DNA of 64,000 nucleotides from Bacillales bacterium UBA3207 (GCA_002363735.1 DEWP01000018.1:362-64361), one strand, 5' to 3'; shown: positions 28,067-38,499, counted from the first letter of the stretch. Made by a program: numbers and translations. Notes: generated by a model not told the origin, from the letters alone.

Positions 28067-31000
28067 GTTTAATATCCTCCAATCTTTCAACTAATTTCAC
28101 GTTAAATTTATCTTTAAAACTACTATAGTAGCCACTAATTACGACGATGCTTTCTTTCTTCTTAAGAGCCATTGAAGATTTTTCAAATGCTTCATTAAAA
28201 ACAGTTAGTTCCATTTCGCCAGTGTCATCATAAACACTAATGAAGCACATTGTTTGACCGGTCTTTGTTTTCGTTTGTCTAGAAGACTTAAGAATACATA
28301 CGATTTTGATATCTCCAGAACTTGATGGAACTTGTTTGATGGTTAAAGCATGTAATTTCTTAATATCGTCTTGAACGAGATCAAGTGGCGAGCCACTAAT
28401 CATTAAGCCCAATACATCTCGTTCGCGATTAAGATTTTCGATGTAGTTATCTTGAAGATGAATAAATGTTGGTTTTGGGAACATATTTGGATCAATAACC
28501 ATTGAACCATCGTCTTTGACGATAGCTTCAGCGTAAGTTAATGCATTTGGAATCGCTCCTCTTAATGACATTCTTGATTTTTCTATTGAATCAAAAGCTC
28601 CTGCATCAATTAAGTTGATCAGTTGAACATTATTTAATTTGTATTTCGCCATTCGTAAGACAAAATCAAAAATATCAGTAAATAAACCATTTTCTTGACG
28701 TTCTTTAATAATTGAAGTTGCAGAAGCGGTCATAATTCCCTTCACAGCTTGAAGAGGGAAAATAATTTGGTTATTTGATAAAACAAATGACATTGTTGAT
28801 TTGTTGATATCTGGCACAGAAACTTTAAGTCCGATATCTTTCATTTCGGCAAGTGTGGTATGGAATTCGTCGGTGGAAGCATTCGATAAAATTGATGCAT
28901 AAAATTCTTGTGGGTATTTTGCTTTTAGATAAGCCATCCTACAAGAGAAGATTGCATAAACCATTGCGTGAGAGCGGTTAAATCCGTAATCTCCGAATTT
29001 TTTAATCATTTCATAGACATCTTTTGCTTCAACTTCTTTGTAACCTAATTTAAGTGCTCCTGAAATGAATTTCTTTTCAAAAGAAACGATTTTTGCTGGA
29101 TCTTTTTTAGAAATTGCCCGACGAAGTAAATCAGCTTCAGCAAGTGAAAAACCTGCCATTTTGTTGGCGATTTGCATGACTTGCTCCTGATAAACCATAA
29201 TTCCATAAGTTGGGGAAAGAATCTCTTCAAGGACTTTCGAAATGTAGGTAATTTTTTCTAAGCCTTGCTTTCTTTTTCCAAATGAAGGAATATTGTCCAT
29301 TGGGCCAGGTCGATAAAGAGCTAAGATTGCAACAATATCTTCAAAGCATGTTGGCTTAACGGTTTTGATGGCATTGCGCATGCCGAAAGATTCAAGTTGG
29401 AAAATTCCCATCGTTTTGAGTGAAGCGATTTGCTTGATGGCAATCGGATCATCATAAGGAATTTCATCCCGATTTAAATTAATACCTCTTTGACGAAGTA
29501 AATCTAAGCAGTGGTCAATGAGAGTTAAATTTCGAATGGCTAAAATATCCATTTTTAAGAAGCCTTGTTCTTCAAGGTAATCTTTTTCAAATTGTTCAAC
29601 ATAGCCTACATCAAGACCACAGGTTAAAGGAATAATGCTATCGAGCGGTTTTGCATTAAGTACCACGCCTACGGCGTGGAGACTCGCTTGACGAGGGAAT
29701 CCTTCAATCTTTGAGGCTAATGAAACAATTTCGAGATAGTATTTATCGTCTTTGACTAAATCTCGGAATTTCTTATTTGTTTTGTAGATTTCTCGAAGTG
29801 TGAGTTTGTCATCTTTTTCATCGGAAATTAGTTTCGTAAAAATTTCAATATCGTGTTTTGGATAATTAAAGATTCTTCCAACGTCTCTTAAAGATTGCTT
29901 TGCCCCCATCTTCTGGATGGCAATAATTTTAGCAACATGGTCATTTCCATATTTGTCTTTAAGATATTGAACAACTCTTTCACGATCAACATCAGAAAAG
30001 TCAACGTCAATATCTGGCATTGTTTGACGATGTGGATTTAAAAATCTTTCAAATAGGAGATTATTTTCAATTGGATCAGGAACGGTGATTCCTAAAACAT
30101 AAGCAACAAGTGAACCAGCCGCACTTCCTCGACCTGGGCCAACAGCAATATCCATGTCACGGGCAAATTTAACATAGTCATAAACGATTAAGAAATAATC
30201 GCTATAACCCATTTGTTTAATTGTGTTTAATTCAAAATCTAATCGATCAAGGTAAATCTTTGATGTTTTTCCTTTTTTCTCCAGCAATTCATGGGTAATT
30301 TTTGATAAATATTCATCACTTGTTAAACCTAAATCATTGTGAAAATGAATCATTTCTCCACGAACTGCATTAAATTCGAAATGACATAAAGAACTAATTT
30401 CTTCAGAGTTTTTAATTTCGTCTTCCTGGTAAAAAGAAGATATTTCATCCATTGAAGGAAGATAATTTTCTCCAGTAGCACTCTTTTCTTTTAAAACATC
30501 TTTAGTATCAATTGACTCCATCATCTTTAAAATGATTTCGTCTTCTTTTTTGACATATTTAATATGTGGGAAAGCAACAACCTTGTATCCACGAGAAAAA
30601 GTAAATTTTCTAAAATCGTTAATAAATTCAACTTGATCAGACTTTTCTAAACCGAGATAGAAGTGGTCAATTCCTCTTGAAAGTCGAGCTAAGGCCATTG
30701 AAAACTTTTTCTCATCTTCTAGGAAACTCATTTTAATCACATCATTATCGCTTGGAAGAACAACAACGAGATCTTCTTGGTATTCTTTTAAAGTTTCGAT
30801 ACTTGTTTCATTACGTTGATTTAGGTTAACAACTGTTAAAAGATTTCGATAACCTTTTTCACTAATTGGGTAAAGGCAAAAATGAAGTCGGTCAATTTCA
30901 ATTTCTTCTCCAACAATTGGTTTTAATCCAAGTTTTTTGGCGTTTATGACAAAAGATGGAGCACCTGATAAACTTCGATAATCACTTAATCCAACACTTT

Positions 31001-31100
31001 GATAACCTAGTGACTTAGCCGCACTTAAATACTGGTCAATTTTTAGACCAGATTTTGTAAACGAATATCCACTAAAAACATGTAGAGGGACAAAAGTCAT
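28059..31100 (-). CDS. dnaE: DNA polymerase III alpha subunit (DnaE type)
   Basis: 1013 aa with PHP N-terminus FVPLHVFSGYSF, GPGRGSAAGSLVAYVLGIT and PDIDVDF. No SD. Extended -10 TGTTATCAT lies 6 nt upstream. Confidence 0.95.
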   Translation of the reverse strand: MTFVPLHVFSGYSFTKSGLKIDQYLSAAKSLGYQSVGLSDYRSLSGAPSFVINAKKLGLKPIVGEEIEIDRLHFCLYPISEKGYRNLLTVVNLNQRNETSIETLKEYQEDLVVVLPSDNDVIKMSFLEDEKKFSMALARLSRGIDHFYLGLEKSDQVEFINDFRKFTFSRGYKVVAFPHIKYVKKEDEIILKMMESIDTKDVLKEKSATGENYLPSMDEISSFYQEDEIKNSEEISSLCHFEFNAVRGEMIHFHNDLGLTSDEYLSKITHELLEKKGKTSKIYLDRLDFELNTIKQMGYSDYFLIVYDYVKFARDMDIAVGPGRGSAAGSLVAYVLGITVPDPIENNLLFERFLNPHRQTMPDIDVDFSDVDRERVVQYLKDKYGNDHVAKIIAIQKMGAKQSLRDVGRIFNYPKHDIEIFTKLISDEKDDKLTLREIYKTNKKFRDLVKDDKYYLEIVSLASKIEGFPRQASLHAVGVVLNAKPLDSIIPLTCGLDVGYVEQFEKDYLEEQGFLKMDILAIRNLTLIDHCLDLLRQRGINLNRDEIPYDDPIAIKQIASLKTMGIFQLESFGMRNAIKTVKPTCFEDIVAILALYRPGPMDNIPSFGKRKQGLEKITYISKVLEEILSPTYGIMVYQEQVMQIANKMAGFSLAEADLLRRAISKKDPAKIVSFEKKFISGALKLGYKEVEAKDVYEMIKKFGDYGFNRSHAMVYAIFSCRMAYLKAKYPQEFYASILSNASTDEFHTTLAEMKDIGLKVSVPDINKSTMSFVLSNNQIIFPLQAVKGIMTASATSIIKERQENGLFTDIFDFVLRMAKYKLNNVQLINLIDAGAFDSIEKSRMSLRGAIPNALTYAEAIVKDDGSMVIDPNMFPKPTFIHLQDNYIENLNRERDVLGLMISGSPLDLVQDDIKKLHALTIKQVPSSSGDIKIVCILKSSRQTKTKTGQTMCFISVYDDTGEMELTVFNEAFEKSSMALKKKESIVVISGYYSSFKDKFNVKLVERLEDIKHA

Positions 31101-31106
31101 ATTTAT

Positions 31107-31115
31107 ATGATAACA
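31107..31115 (-). promoter_or_regulatory. extended -10 (TGTTATCAT) 6 nt upstream of dnaE ATG; leaderless-type layout
   Basis: Minus strand reads TGTTATCAT-ATAAAT-ATG. Confidence 0.35.
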
Positions 31116-31125
31116 AAAATAAAAG

Positions 31126-31153
31126 AAAAAGATATCTAGAAAGACATCTTTTT
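31126..31153 (-). terminator. intrinsic terminator after nrnA
   Basis: Minus strand AAAAAGATGTCT-TTCT-AGATATCTTTTT, a 12-bp stem with one G-U pair, followed by CTTTT. Confidence 0.55.
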
Positions 31154-31166
31154 AAAAATATTTACA

Positions 31167-32162
31167 TTAAGCGAACAAATTATCTAAATCTTCAAGCAAG
31201 TCTTTGACTTCATCAAACGATTTAATTTTACATCCGCTAGCTTGGGCGTGTCCGCCTCCATGATGTCGCATGGCAACTTCTTCAATCGACTTTTTCGCTG
31301 AGCGAATCGAGACTCTCCATTCACCTTTTTGTTTGTCTTCGGTGATGGAACACCAAGCATGAATTCCGTCAAAATGCGCAAAGACATTTACATTATCTTT
31401 TCCTCTTTCTGGAGGAAGATGGAATTTTTGTAAAGCAGCATCATCTAAGACATAATATGCAACTCCATGTTTTGTAACATGGTAGTTTTTCAACACATAA
31501 GCAGTGATTTCTAAATCAGAAAGTTTTTGGTTATACATTTCTGCATAAATTTTCGATAAATCTAAACCTTTTTGTAAAAGAATTTTGGCAGTTTCAAATG
31601 TTGAAGGAACAACTGAATCATATAAAAATCTTCCTGAATCACCGACAATTGCCTTATATAATTCTGACGCAGCTTCCTTTGAAATCTCTTTCCCTGATTG
31701 AATTAAGATATCCGCAACAAGCTCGCCAGCAGCACTCATTTCTGTATCAATGATTTGTAAATCTCCATATGGATCAACGTTTGGGTGGTGGTCAATCTTG
31801 ATGCTATACGTTGCTTTTTTAAATGATTCAAATTCACTCGTTAAGCCAACACGATCAGATTGTGATGTGTCAACAAAAATTGCTAAAAATGGTTTATTAA
31901 ACCAACTATCGTCTAAAATCTCCATTTTGCGAAAGCATTGACCGGTTAAAGAAACGCTATCATCACCAACAAAATGAACTTCTTTTTTTGGATAATTTGT
32001 TTTTAAAAATTCATATAAACCAAGTTGTGTTCCAAGTGCATCATAATCTGGCTTGTTATGACGATAGATCACAATTCGGTCAAACTCTTCAATCTTTTGA
32101 AAGAGTGTTTTAATTTCTTTTTTAAATGGTTTTAATCGTTCCGATATTAATTTGTTTTTCAT
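31167..32162 (-). CDS. nrnA: DHH/DHHA1 phosphoesterase (NrnA-like oligoribonuclease/pAp phosphatase)
   Basis: 331 aa with DHH motif (KIDHHPN) and DHHA1 GGGHAQASG. Confidence 0.8.
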   Translation of the reverse strand: MKNKLISERLKPFKKEIKTLFQKIEEFDRIVIYRHNKPDYDALGTQLGLYEFLKTNYPKKEVHFVGDDSVSLTGQCFRKMEILDDSWFNKPFLAIFVDTSQSDRVGLTSEFESFKKATYSIKIDHHPNVDPYGDLQIIDTEMSAAGELVADILIQSGKEISKEAASELYKAIVGDSGRFLYDSVVPSTFETAKILLQKGLDLSKIYAEMYNQKLSDLEITAYVLKNYHVTKHGVAYYVLDDAALQKFHLPPERGKDNVNVFAHFDGIHAWCSITEDKQKGEWRVSIRSAKKSIEEVAMRHHGGGHAQASGCKIKSFDEVKDLLEDLDNLFA

Positions 32163-32206
32163 AAGTAGTAAATAATAGATTATTTAACTAAATAAAGCAA
32201 GTAAAA

Positions 32207-32229
32207 GAAAAAGCGCTTTGCGCTTTCTT
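32207..32229 (-). terminator. ackA intrinsic terminator
   Basis: Minus strand GAAAGCGC-AAA-GCGCTTTTTC followed by TTTT. Confidence 0.65.
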
Positions 32230-32247
32230 CTTGAATTGTCAGTTTTC

Positions 32248-33441
32248 TTATTTCTTGTAGAAAGAATAAGTATCTCGAGCAATCATCACCTCTTCATCAG
32301 TTGGGATGACTGCTACAACAATTTTGCTTCCTGGCTTAGAAATCACGACTTCTTGTCCACGTTTTCCTTTGTTAACTTCATAATCAATTTCTAATCCAAG
32401 TGCTGGAGCAATTTCTTTACAAATATTTTCTCTAATTTCGTATGAATTTTCTCCAATACCAGCTGAGAAAATAATCATATCAACTCCACCTAAGCGGACA
32501 AAATATTGTCCCATGAAGTCGGCAATACGACGAATAAAGAGCTGGTTCGCCAAGATTGCTTTTTTGTTTCCTTCTTCGACTGCAGCAAGCACATCTCGGG
32601 AGTCGTTTGAGACTTCGCTGACACCTAAAAATCCGCTCTTTTTATTGAAGATTTGATACATTTCTTCAACACTTTTTCCGGTGCAAGAACATAAATAATT
32701 CATCACCGATGGATCAAGGTCACCAGTTCTTGTTCCCATCATGATGCCACCTAGAGGTGTTAATCCCATTGACGTGGCAACACATTTACCATCTTTAATC
32801 GCGGTGATTGATGCTCCTGAACCAATGTGACAAGAAATAATACGTGGGTGTTTAATTCCTTTTAAATATTTGAGAGCTTCTTGGGATAAATATTGGTGCG
32901 ATGTTCCATGTGCACCATAGCGACGGCAATCATATTTTTCAGTGTATTCATATGGAATTGGGAAAACATAGTCTTGTGGTTCCATAGATTGGTGGAAAGC
33001 TGTATCAAAAACAGCAACATTTGTGACGTTTGGTAAAATCTTTTTGAATGCTCTAAATCCAACAAGGTGAGCCTTGTTATGAAGTGGTGCAAGAGGAATC
33101 AATGATTCAATCTTGTCTTCTGTATCTTTGTTAAAGAGCTCACTATGTGAGAAATATTTACCACCTTGAACGATACGGTGACCAACAGCAACAATTTCGT
33201 CCATTGATTTAACAATTTTCTTTTCAATTAATGCATCAACAACAAGTTGAACTGCTTGAGCGTGGTCTAAAATTGGAAGAACTTTTTTCTCGCTTTCACT
33301 TCCCCATTTAATCCCAAAAATTGCATCTTCGTGACCAATTCTTTCTGCGTTTCCGCTACAAAGCACTTTTTCTTCTGGCATCTCATAAAGTTTAAACTTT
33401 AATGAAGATGATCCAGCGTTAACTGCCATTACTTTATCCAT
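32248..33441 (-). CDS. ackA: acetate kinase
   Basis: 397 aa with MAVNAGSSSLKFKLY N-terminus and the GAHGTSH motif. SD AAAGGAG. Confidence 0.96.
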   Translation of the reverse strand: MDKVMAVNAGSSSLKFKLYEMPEEKVLCSGNAERIGHEDAIFGIKWGSESEKKVLPILDHAQAVQLVVDALIEKKIVKSMDEIVAVGHRIVQGGKYFSHSELFNKDTEDKIESLIPLAPLHNKAHLVGFRAFKKILPNVTNVAVFDTAFHQSMEPQDYVFPIPYEYTEKYDCRRYGAHGTSHQYLSQEALKYLKGIKHPRIISCHIGSGASITAIKDGKCVATSMGLTPLGGIMMGTRTGDLDPSVMNYLCSCTGKSVEEMYQIFNKKSGFLGVSEVSNDSRDVLAAVEEGNKKAILANQLFIRRIADFMGQYFVRLGGVDMIIFSAGIGENSYEIRENICKEIAPALGLEIDYEVNKGKRGQEVVISKPGSKIVVAVIPTDEEVMIARDTYSFYKK

Positions 33442-33471
33442 CGAAATTCTCCTTTAAAATTAACGTGAAAA

Positions 33472-33480
33472 ATTATAACA
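33472..33480 (-). promoter_or_regulatory. ackA extended -10 (TGTTATAAT)
   Basis: Minus strand TGTTATAAT about 30 nt upstream of the ATG. Bracketed by an 11-bp inverted repeat (see findings). Confidence 0.45.
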
Positions 33481-33601
33481 CTATTCTTAGAGAATTTCGA
33501 TACATATTTAGAGTGATTTTACTGATTTTTTATGCTAAAATAGGCACATTCTTGTTTGTCATTTCGCGCAAATTACGTAGGAAATGACTAGAAAGGCTCT
33601 T

Positions 33602-36010
33602 ATGTTTCATAACGTCTCAACATTTAAAAAAGAATTCACCGATCGTCTATTAAATAAATATGGAAATAGCGTTGAAGAAGCACATATTTCCGAACAATTC
33701 GATATTTTAGGTGGAATGGTTCGTGATTACGCTGGTCAATATTGGCGAGATACACGCAACCAAACAGTCGCTGGTAAAAAGTCTCTTGTTTATTTCTCTA
33801 TGGAGTTTTTAATTGGCCGACTTCTCACAAATAACCTGCAAAACCTTGGTATTTACGATATTGTTAAAAAAGGTCTAGAAGAACTCGGAATTGATTTGAA
33901 TAAATTAGAAGATGAAGAAAGCGATGCTGGACTTGGTAATGGTGGTCTAGGTCGACTCGCAGCTTGCTTCTTAGATTCCATTTCTTCACTAGGTTATGCT
34001 GTTCAAGGTAACTGCATCCGTTACGAATACGGATTTTTCCGTCAATTAATTGAAAAAGGAAGACAATTTGAAGTTCCTGATCAATGGTTAACAAACGGAT
34101 TTGTTTTTGAAGTGAGAAAACCAAAGCATGCTGTCGAAGTTGTTTTCGGTGGAAATGCTGAAACGTATATTAAAGAAGACGGTTCATTCGGACTTCACAC
34201 GATTAATGGAATGTATGTTAAAGCAGTTCCATATGATGTCTCGATTGTTGGATATCACAACAAAGTTGTAAATACTCTTCGTCTTTGGAGTGCTGAACCA
34301 AGTGAAACAAATCTTCCAAAAGGCGTTCCTTTTGATCAATATTTAAATACTTTAAAAGAATTATCTCATGGTTTATATCCAGATGATTCCACTGAACAAG
34401 GTCGTTTACTTAGATTACATCAACAATACTTCCTTGTTAGTAGTGGAATTCAATCTACTTTAAGAGGTCATTATCGTAGATATCAAACTTTTTCTAATCT
34501 TCATGAACACTTTGTGTTCCAACTTAATGACACACACCCAATCTTAGCTATCCCAGAACTCATGCGAGTCATGATGGATGAATATAACTGTGGTTGGGAT
34601 GAAGCCTGGGAAACTGTCCAAAAATGTTTTGCCTACACTAACCACACCATTATGGCGGAAGCTTTAGAAAAATGGCCAGTTAACTTTGTTAGACAAGTCT
34701 GTCCAAGATGTTTAATGATTATCGAAGAAATTCAACGTCGTTTTAACCAAAAACTTATTGAAGAAAATGTTCCAAATGATGTTCGTCAATCAACCCAAAT
34801 CATTAAAGATGGTCTAATCCACATGACTTCTTTAGCAATTATTGCTTCATTTAGTGTTAATGGTGTAGCTAAGCTACACACTGACATCTTAATTCATGAA
34901 ACGTTTAAAGATTTCTATTATTTATTCCCAGAGAAATTTAATAACAAAACAAACGGCGTCACTCAACGTAGATGGCTCATGTATAGCAATCCAAAGCTTG
35001 CTGAAGCAATCACAAAACGGATTGGTTCAAAATGGACCACTGATATGGAGCATGAAATGGTCAAACTCAGAAAGTTTGCTAATGATGAATCTTTCCAACA
35101 CGAAGTGATGAAGATTAAGCAAGAAAACAAAGATGCCTTAGTGAAATTCATTAAAGAAAAGATGAATTTAGATATCGATCCAAAATCCATCTTTGATGTT
35201 CAAATTAAAAGACTTCACGCTTATAAGCGTCAATTAATGAATGTCTTCCATATTATCTACTTATATCAAAGAATGAAAGCTGACCCAACTTTCACGATTT
35301 ATCCTCATACATTCATTTTTGGTGCAAAAGCTGCTCCAAGTTATGTTTACGCTAAGAAAATTATTCAATTAATTCTCTCTGTTGCCGATGTTGTCAATAA
35401 CGATCCAGAAGTCAATAAGATGATGAAAGTCGTCTTTGTTGAAAACTATGGTGTAAGCCTTGCTGAAAAGATTATTCCAGCCACTGATGTTAGCGAACAA
35501 ATCTCAACAGCTTCTAAAGAAGCAAGTGGAACAAGCAACATGAAATTTATGATGAATGGTGCAATAACACTTGGCACACTGGATGGTGCCAATATTGAGA
35601 TTAAAGATCTTGCTGGAGAAGAAAACTGTGTAATCTTTGGTTTAAATTCTAAACAGGTCTTAGATTATTATGCTCATGGTGGTTATAACGCTTGGGATGA
35701 ATTTAACAATAATCCAATTGTGCACAGTGTCTTACAATCATTATTTGATGGACCATGGGCTACTAAACCAGACAAATTCCAACTGATTTTTGATGAGATT
35801 ATGAACAATAATGACTGCTATTTCATCTTAAAAGACTTAGATAGCTACATTAAAGCTCATGAAAAGATTGATACTTTGTATCAAGATAAGAAAAAATGGG
35901 CGAAAATGTGCATTATGAATATTGCTGGTAGCGGATATTTCTCTAGCGATCGAACAATCAAAGAATATATTCGTGACATCTGGCATCTAGACCACTTGGA
36001 GACAAAATAA
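33602..36010 (+). CDS. glgP: glycogen/maltodextrin phosphorylase
   Basis: About 800 aa with PLP site EASGTSNMKFMMNGA. ATG 33602 (MFHNVSTFKKEF, SD-like GAAAGG) is preferred over track start 33584. Confidence 0.93.
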   Translation: MFHNVSTFKKEFTDRLLNKYGNSVEEAHISEQFDILGGMVRDYAGQYWRDTRNQTVAGKKSLVYFSMEFLIGRLLTNNLQNLGIYDIVKKGLEELGIDLNKLEDEESDAGLGNGGLGRLAACFLDSISSLGYAVQGNCIRYEYGFFRQLIEKGRQFEVPDQWLTNGFVFEVRKPKHAVEVVFGGNAETYIKEDGSFGLHTINGMYVKAVPYDVSIVGYHNKVVNTLRLWSAEPSETNLPKGVPFDQYLNTLKELSHGLYPDDSTEQGRLLRLHQQYFLVSSGIQSTLRGHYRRYQTFSNLHEHFVFQLNDTHPILAIPELMRVMMDEYNCGWDEAWETVQKCFAYTNHTIMAEALEKWPVNFVRQVCPRCLMIIEEIQRRFNQKLIEENVPNDVRQSTQIIKDGLIHMTSLAIIASFSVNGVAKLHTDILIHETFKDFYYLFPEKFNNKTNGVTQRRWLMYSNPKLAEAITKRIGSKWTTDMEHEMVKLRKFANDESFQHEVMKIKQENKDALVKFIKEKMNLDIDPKSIFDVQIKRLHAYKRQLMNVFHIIYLYQRMKADPTFTIYPHTFIFGAKAAPSYVYAKKIIQLILSVADVVNNDPEVNKMMKVVFVENYGVSLAEKIIPATDVSEQISTASKEASGTSNMKFMMNGAITLGTLDGANIEIKDLAGEENCVIFGLNSKQVLDYYAHGGYNAWDEFNNNPIVHSVLQSLFDGPWATKPDKFQLIFDEIMNNNDCYFILKDLDSYIKAHEKIDTLYQDKKKWAKMCIMNIAGSGYFSSDRTIKEYIRDIWHLDHLETK

Positions 36011-36501
36011 TGAACATTGATTTAACTAATTTATATCAACTCCAGGCTGAACTTGATCAAGATATTGCCTTAAAACACAATGTCACATATGAATCAACTC
36101 ACTCAAGAAGACTTTTAGCCTTAATTGTTGAGCTTGGTGAACTTGCTAATGAAACACGTTGCTTTAAATATTGGTCAAATAAAGGTCCATCAGAAAAAGC
36201 AGTGGTGATGGACGAATATGCTGATGGTCTTCATTTCCTTTTATCGCTTGGAATTCCTTTACATGCGCGTAAATATAAATATGAAATTAAAGGAAGTGGA
36301 AAAGATTTAACTCTGCAATTCCATGATTTATATCAAGCAGCAACTAGATTATTAAATGAATATAATCTCGAAGCTTATGAAGATTGTTTCCAAAAATATT
36401 TAAATCTTGGTGCTGATTTGGGTGCAAGTAGTGAAGATATTATTGAAGCATACAAATCAAAACTTGCGGTGAATCATCATCGTCAAGAAGTTAATTATTA
36501 A
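36010..36501 (+). CDS. dimeric all-alpha dUTPase family protein (YncF-like)
   Basis: 163 aa with segments ELGELANETRCFKYWS and DEYADGLHFLLSLG, typical of the dUTPase_2 family. The start overlaps the glgP stop. Confidence 0.7.
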   Translation: MNIDLTNLYQLQAELDQDIALKHNVTYESTHSRRLLALIVELGELANETRCFKYWSNKGPSEKAVVMDEYADGLHFLLSLGIPLHARKYKYEIKGSGKDLTLQFHDLYQAATRLLNEYNLEAYEDCFQKYLNLGADLGASSEDIIEAYKSKLAVNHHRQEVNY

Positions 36502-36525
36502 AAAAATCGCGTTCGCGATTTTTTC
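36501..36525. terminator. bidirectional intrinsic terminator
   Basis: AAAAAATCGCG-TT-CGCGATTTTTT between convergent genes. Confidence 0.7.
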
Positions 36526-36957
36526 TTATAGAAGCTTATCAATTTCGTTTTCGCTATAAACTTCAATGCCGTGTTCTTGAAGCAATTTTGCGGTAATTCC
36601 CATACCGTTTTTCTTCACACCGGTGAAATATCCGTTATGGATTTTATGTGTTCCACAACTTGGAGAGTTCTCTTTGAGAACTGCTTTAGTAATTCCAAGA
36701 TATTTACATAATTGAAGAGCTTTATGAGCGCCATCATTGAATTGTTTTGTCACATCTTTTCCGTCTTTACGAACAACTTTATCATCCCGGATTTCATTTG
36801 GAAGTCGAGGAATCTTTAATCCACCTTCAATTTCTGGACAAAAGACAAGTAATTCATACTTTTCTTTTAATAAATCTAGTTGAGGACAAGGATTTGCTTT
36901 TCCTTCGTAATTTACTTTATCGCCAACTAGGCAAGCACTAATCAATATTTTTTGCAT
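36526..36957 (-). CDS. DUF523 family protein (TudS-like putative 2-thiouracil desulfurase)
   Basis: 143 aa with ISACLVG...YEG N-terminus and three conserved-position Cys (SAC, FCPE, SPSCG). Confidence 0.68.
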   Translation of the reverse strand: MQKILISACLVGDKVNYEGKANPCPQLDLLKEKYELLVFCPEIEGGLKIPRLPNEIRDDKVVRKDGKDVTKQFNDGAHKALQLCKYLGITKAVLKENSPSCGTHKIHNGYFTGVKKNGMGITAKLLQEHGIEVYSENEIDKLL

Positions 36958-37007
36958 ACATTTATTTTATATAAAAGTAATGAAATAGTGTAGAATATTT
37001 GTTAATT

Positions 37008-37661
37008 ATGGTGACGAAAACATTTCAAATTGAATTTGATGGGAAAATCTATGATGTTTTCGTCACATATAAATATCAAAGAAACATCTATTTTTATTTT
37101 AAAAACGGATCTTTTTCGATTACTTGTCCAAGAGGAACATCAAATAAAACCATCTTTGATGGATTAAATAAATACGGTCCAAGACTAATCAAAAGAGTTC
37201 AAAAAGATAAACTAAAGAGTTACTCTTTTGAAGAAGCTTATATTTATTTATTTGGACAACGTTATGAACTCAAAATCGCCGACAAATTTGTAATAAATGA
37301 AAATGTCGTATTTTGTAAAAATAATGAGGATTTAGAGAAGAATATCCGTAAATTGCTGGTGAATTATTTAAATAATAGTGTGCGAAAATATGAAGGCTTA
37401 ATGGGTATTATAAAACCTTATAAAATCTCTGTTAAAAAGATGAAAAGTCGATATGGTTCAAACTCACTAAAAACGCATCGACTTCATTTTCAACTCGATT
37501 TAGTACACTTCTCTTTTGAAATCATTGATTCAGTGGTGGTGCATGAACTCTCACATGAATTTTATCGTAATCATCAAAGAGGTTTTTATTCTTGTGTGTT
37601 AAAATATTGTCCGAACTATTACGAACTGAAAAAGAAACTTCGAAATAAGGTTTACTCATGA
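37008..37661 (+). CDS. YgjP-like (DUF45/M48 superfamily) metal-dependent hydrolase
   Basis: HELSHEF (HExxH) near the C-terminus. ATG 37008 is preferred to the track TTG 36999. Confidence 0.75.
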   Translation: MVTKTFQIEFDGKIYDVFVTYKYQRNIYFYFKNGSFSITCPRGTSNKTIFDGLNKYGPRLIKRVQKDKLKSYSFEEAYIYLFGQRYELKIADKFVINENVVFCKNNEDLEKNIRKLLVNYLNNSVRKYEGLMGIIKPYKISVKKMKSRYGSNSLKTHRLHFQLDLVHFSFEIIDSVVVHELSHEFYRNHQRGFYSCVLKYCPNYYELKKKLRNKVYS

Positions 37662-38383
37662 TTCAAGAAATTAGCTCAAAGCAAAACTCAAAAATTAAAT
37701 ATTGTTTGAAACTCCATCAACAATCTTTTCGTGATGAAGAACAAAAATTCTTAATTGAAGGTGATCATTTAGTTGAAATGGCGTTAGAAACAAACTCTAT
37801 TTTAGAAATCTACACCTTAAAACAAAGAAAAGTTATTCCAGATAACATCCCTCAATATATTGTTAATGAAGATGTTTTAAGAAAAATTGCTTTTTCGATG
37901 AATCCTCAAGGTATTGTTGCTGTTTGCAAAATGAAGAAAGAACAACCAATTAAATCAAATAAAATTTTGCTTCTAAATGATGTTAGTGATCCAGGAAATT
38001 TAGGCACAATTTTCCGTAGCGCTTTAGCCTTTGGTTATCAGGATATTTTGCTGACAAATAAGTGCTGTTCCGCCTATAACGAGAAGGCCATTCAAGCTTC
38101 TCAAGGAGCACTATTTAAATTAAATTTATTAAAAAAATTTGATCTCAATTCTTTGAAGAAAAATGGTTATCAAATTATCGCAACAGAAATTAAAGGTTCA
38201 GTGACATTAAATTCATTTAAGCCAAATAACAAACATGTTTTAATTTTAGGTAATGAATCACGCGGAGTTAACCAAGAATTGCTGGAGATTTCCGACGTTC
38301 GAGTTCGCATTGAAATTAATGAAATTGAATCATTAAATGTCGGCGTTGCCGCGGGCATTGTCATGCACGAATTTTCAAAATAA
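37658..38383 (+). CDS. TrmH/SpoU family RNA 2'-O-methyltransferase (YsgA-like)
   Basis: 241 aa with SpoU motifs NDVSDPGNLGTIFRSA, ILGNESRGV and LNVGVAAGIVMHE. A ysgA homologue lies upstream of pheS in B. subtilis as well. Confidence 0.85.
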   Translation: MIQEISSKQNSKIKYCLKLHQQSFRDEEQKFLIEGDHLVEMALETNSILEIYTLKQRKVIPDNIPQYIVNEDVLRKIAFSMNPQGIVAVCKMKKEQPIKSNKILLLNDVSDPGNLGTIFRSALAFGYQDILLTNKCCSAYNEKAIQASQGALFKLNLLKKFDLNSLKKNGYQIIATEIKGSVTLNSFKPNNKHVLILGNESRGVNQELLEISDVRVRIEINEIESLNVGVAAGIVMHEFSK

Positions 38384-38410
38384 TTTTATTTTTAAAATCA
38401 AAACTTAATT

Positions 38411-38442
38411 AAAAAGTTCACAATCCTCCTTGTGAATTTTTT
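38411..38442 (+). terminator. intrinsic terminator
   Basis: AAAAAGTTCACAA-TCCTCC-TTGTGAATTTTTT. Confidence 0.75.
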
Positions 38443-38499
38443 CTTTACGTGTGTGAGCACAGGTTTTATAATATGCGCAAAAGAAAGGAGAATTTGATT

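Noticed and set aside
33560-33580. Near-palindrome ATTTCGCGCAAAT in the glgP 5' region, considered as a cre/LacI-type operator.
   Set aside because: The dyad is perfect only if one base is deleted, and it does not fit the TGWAANCGNTNWCA cre frame. A single occurrence is too weak to call.
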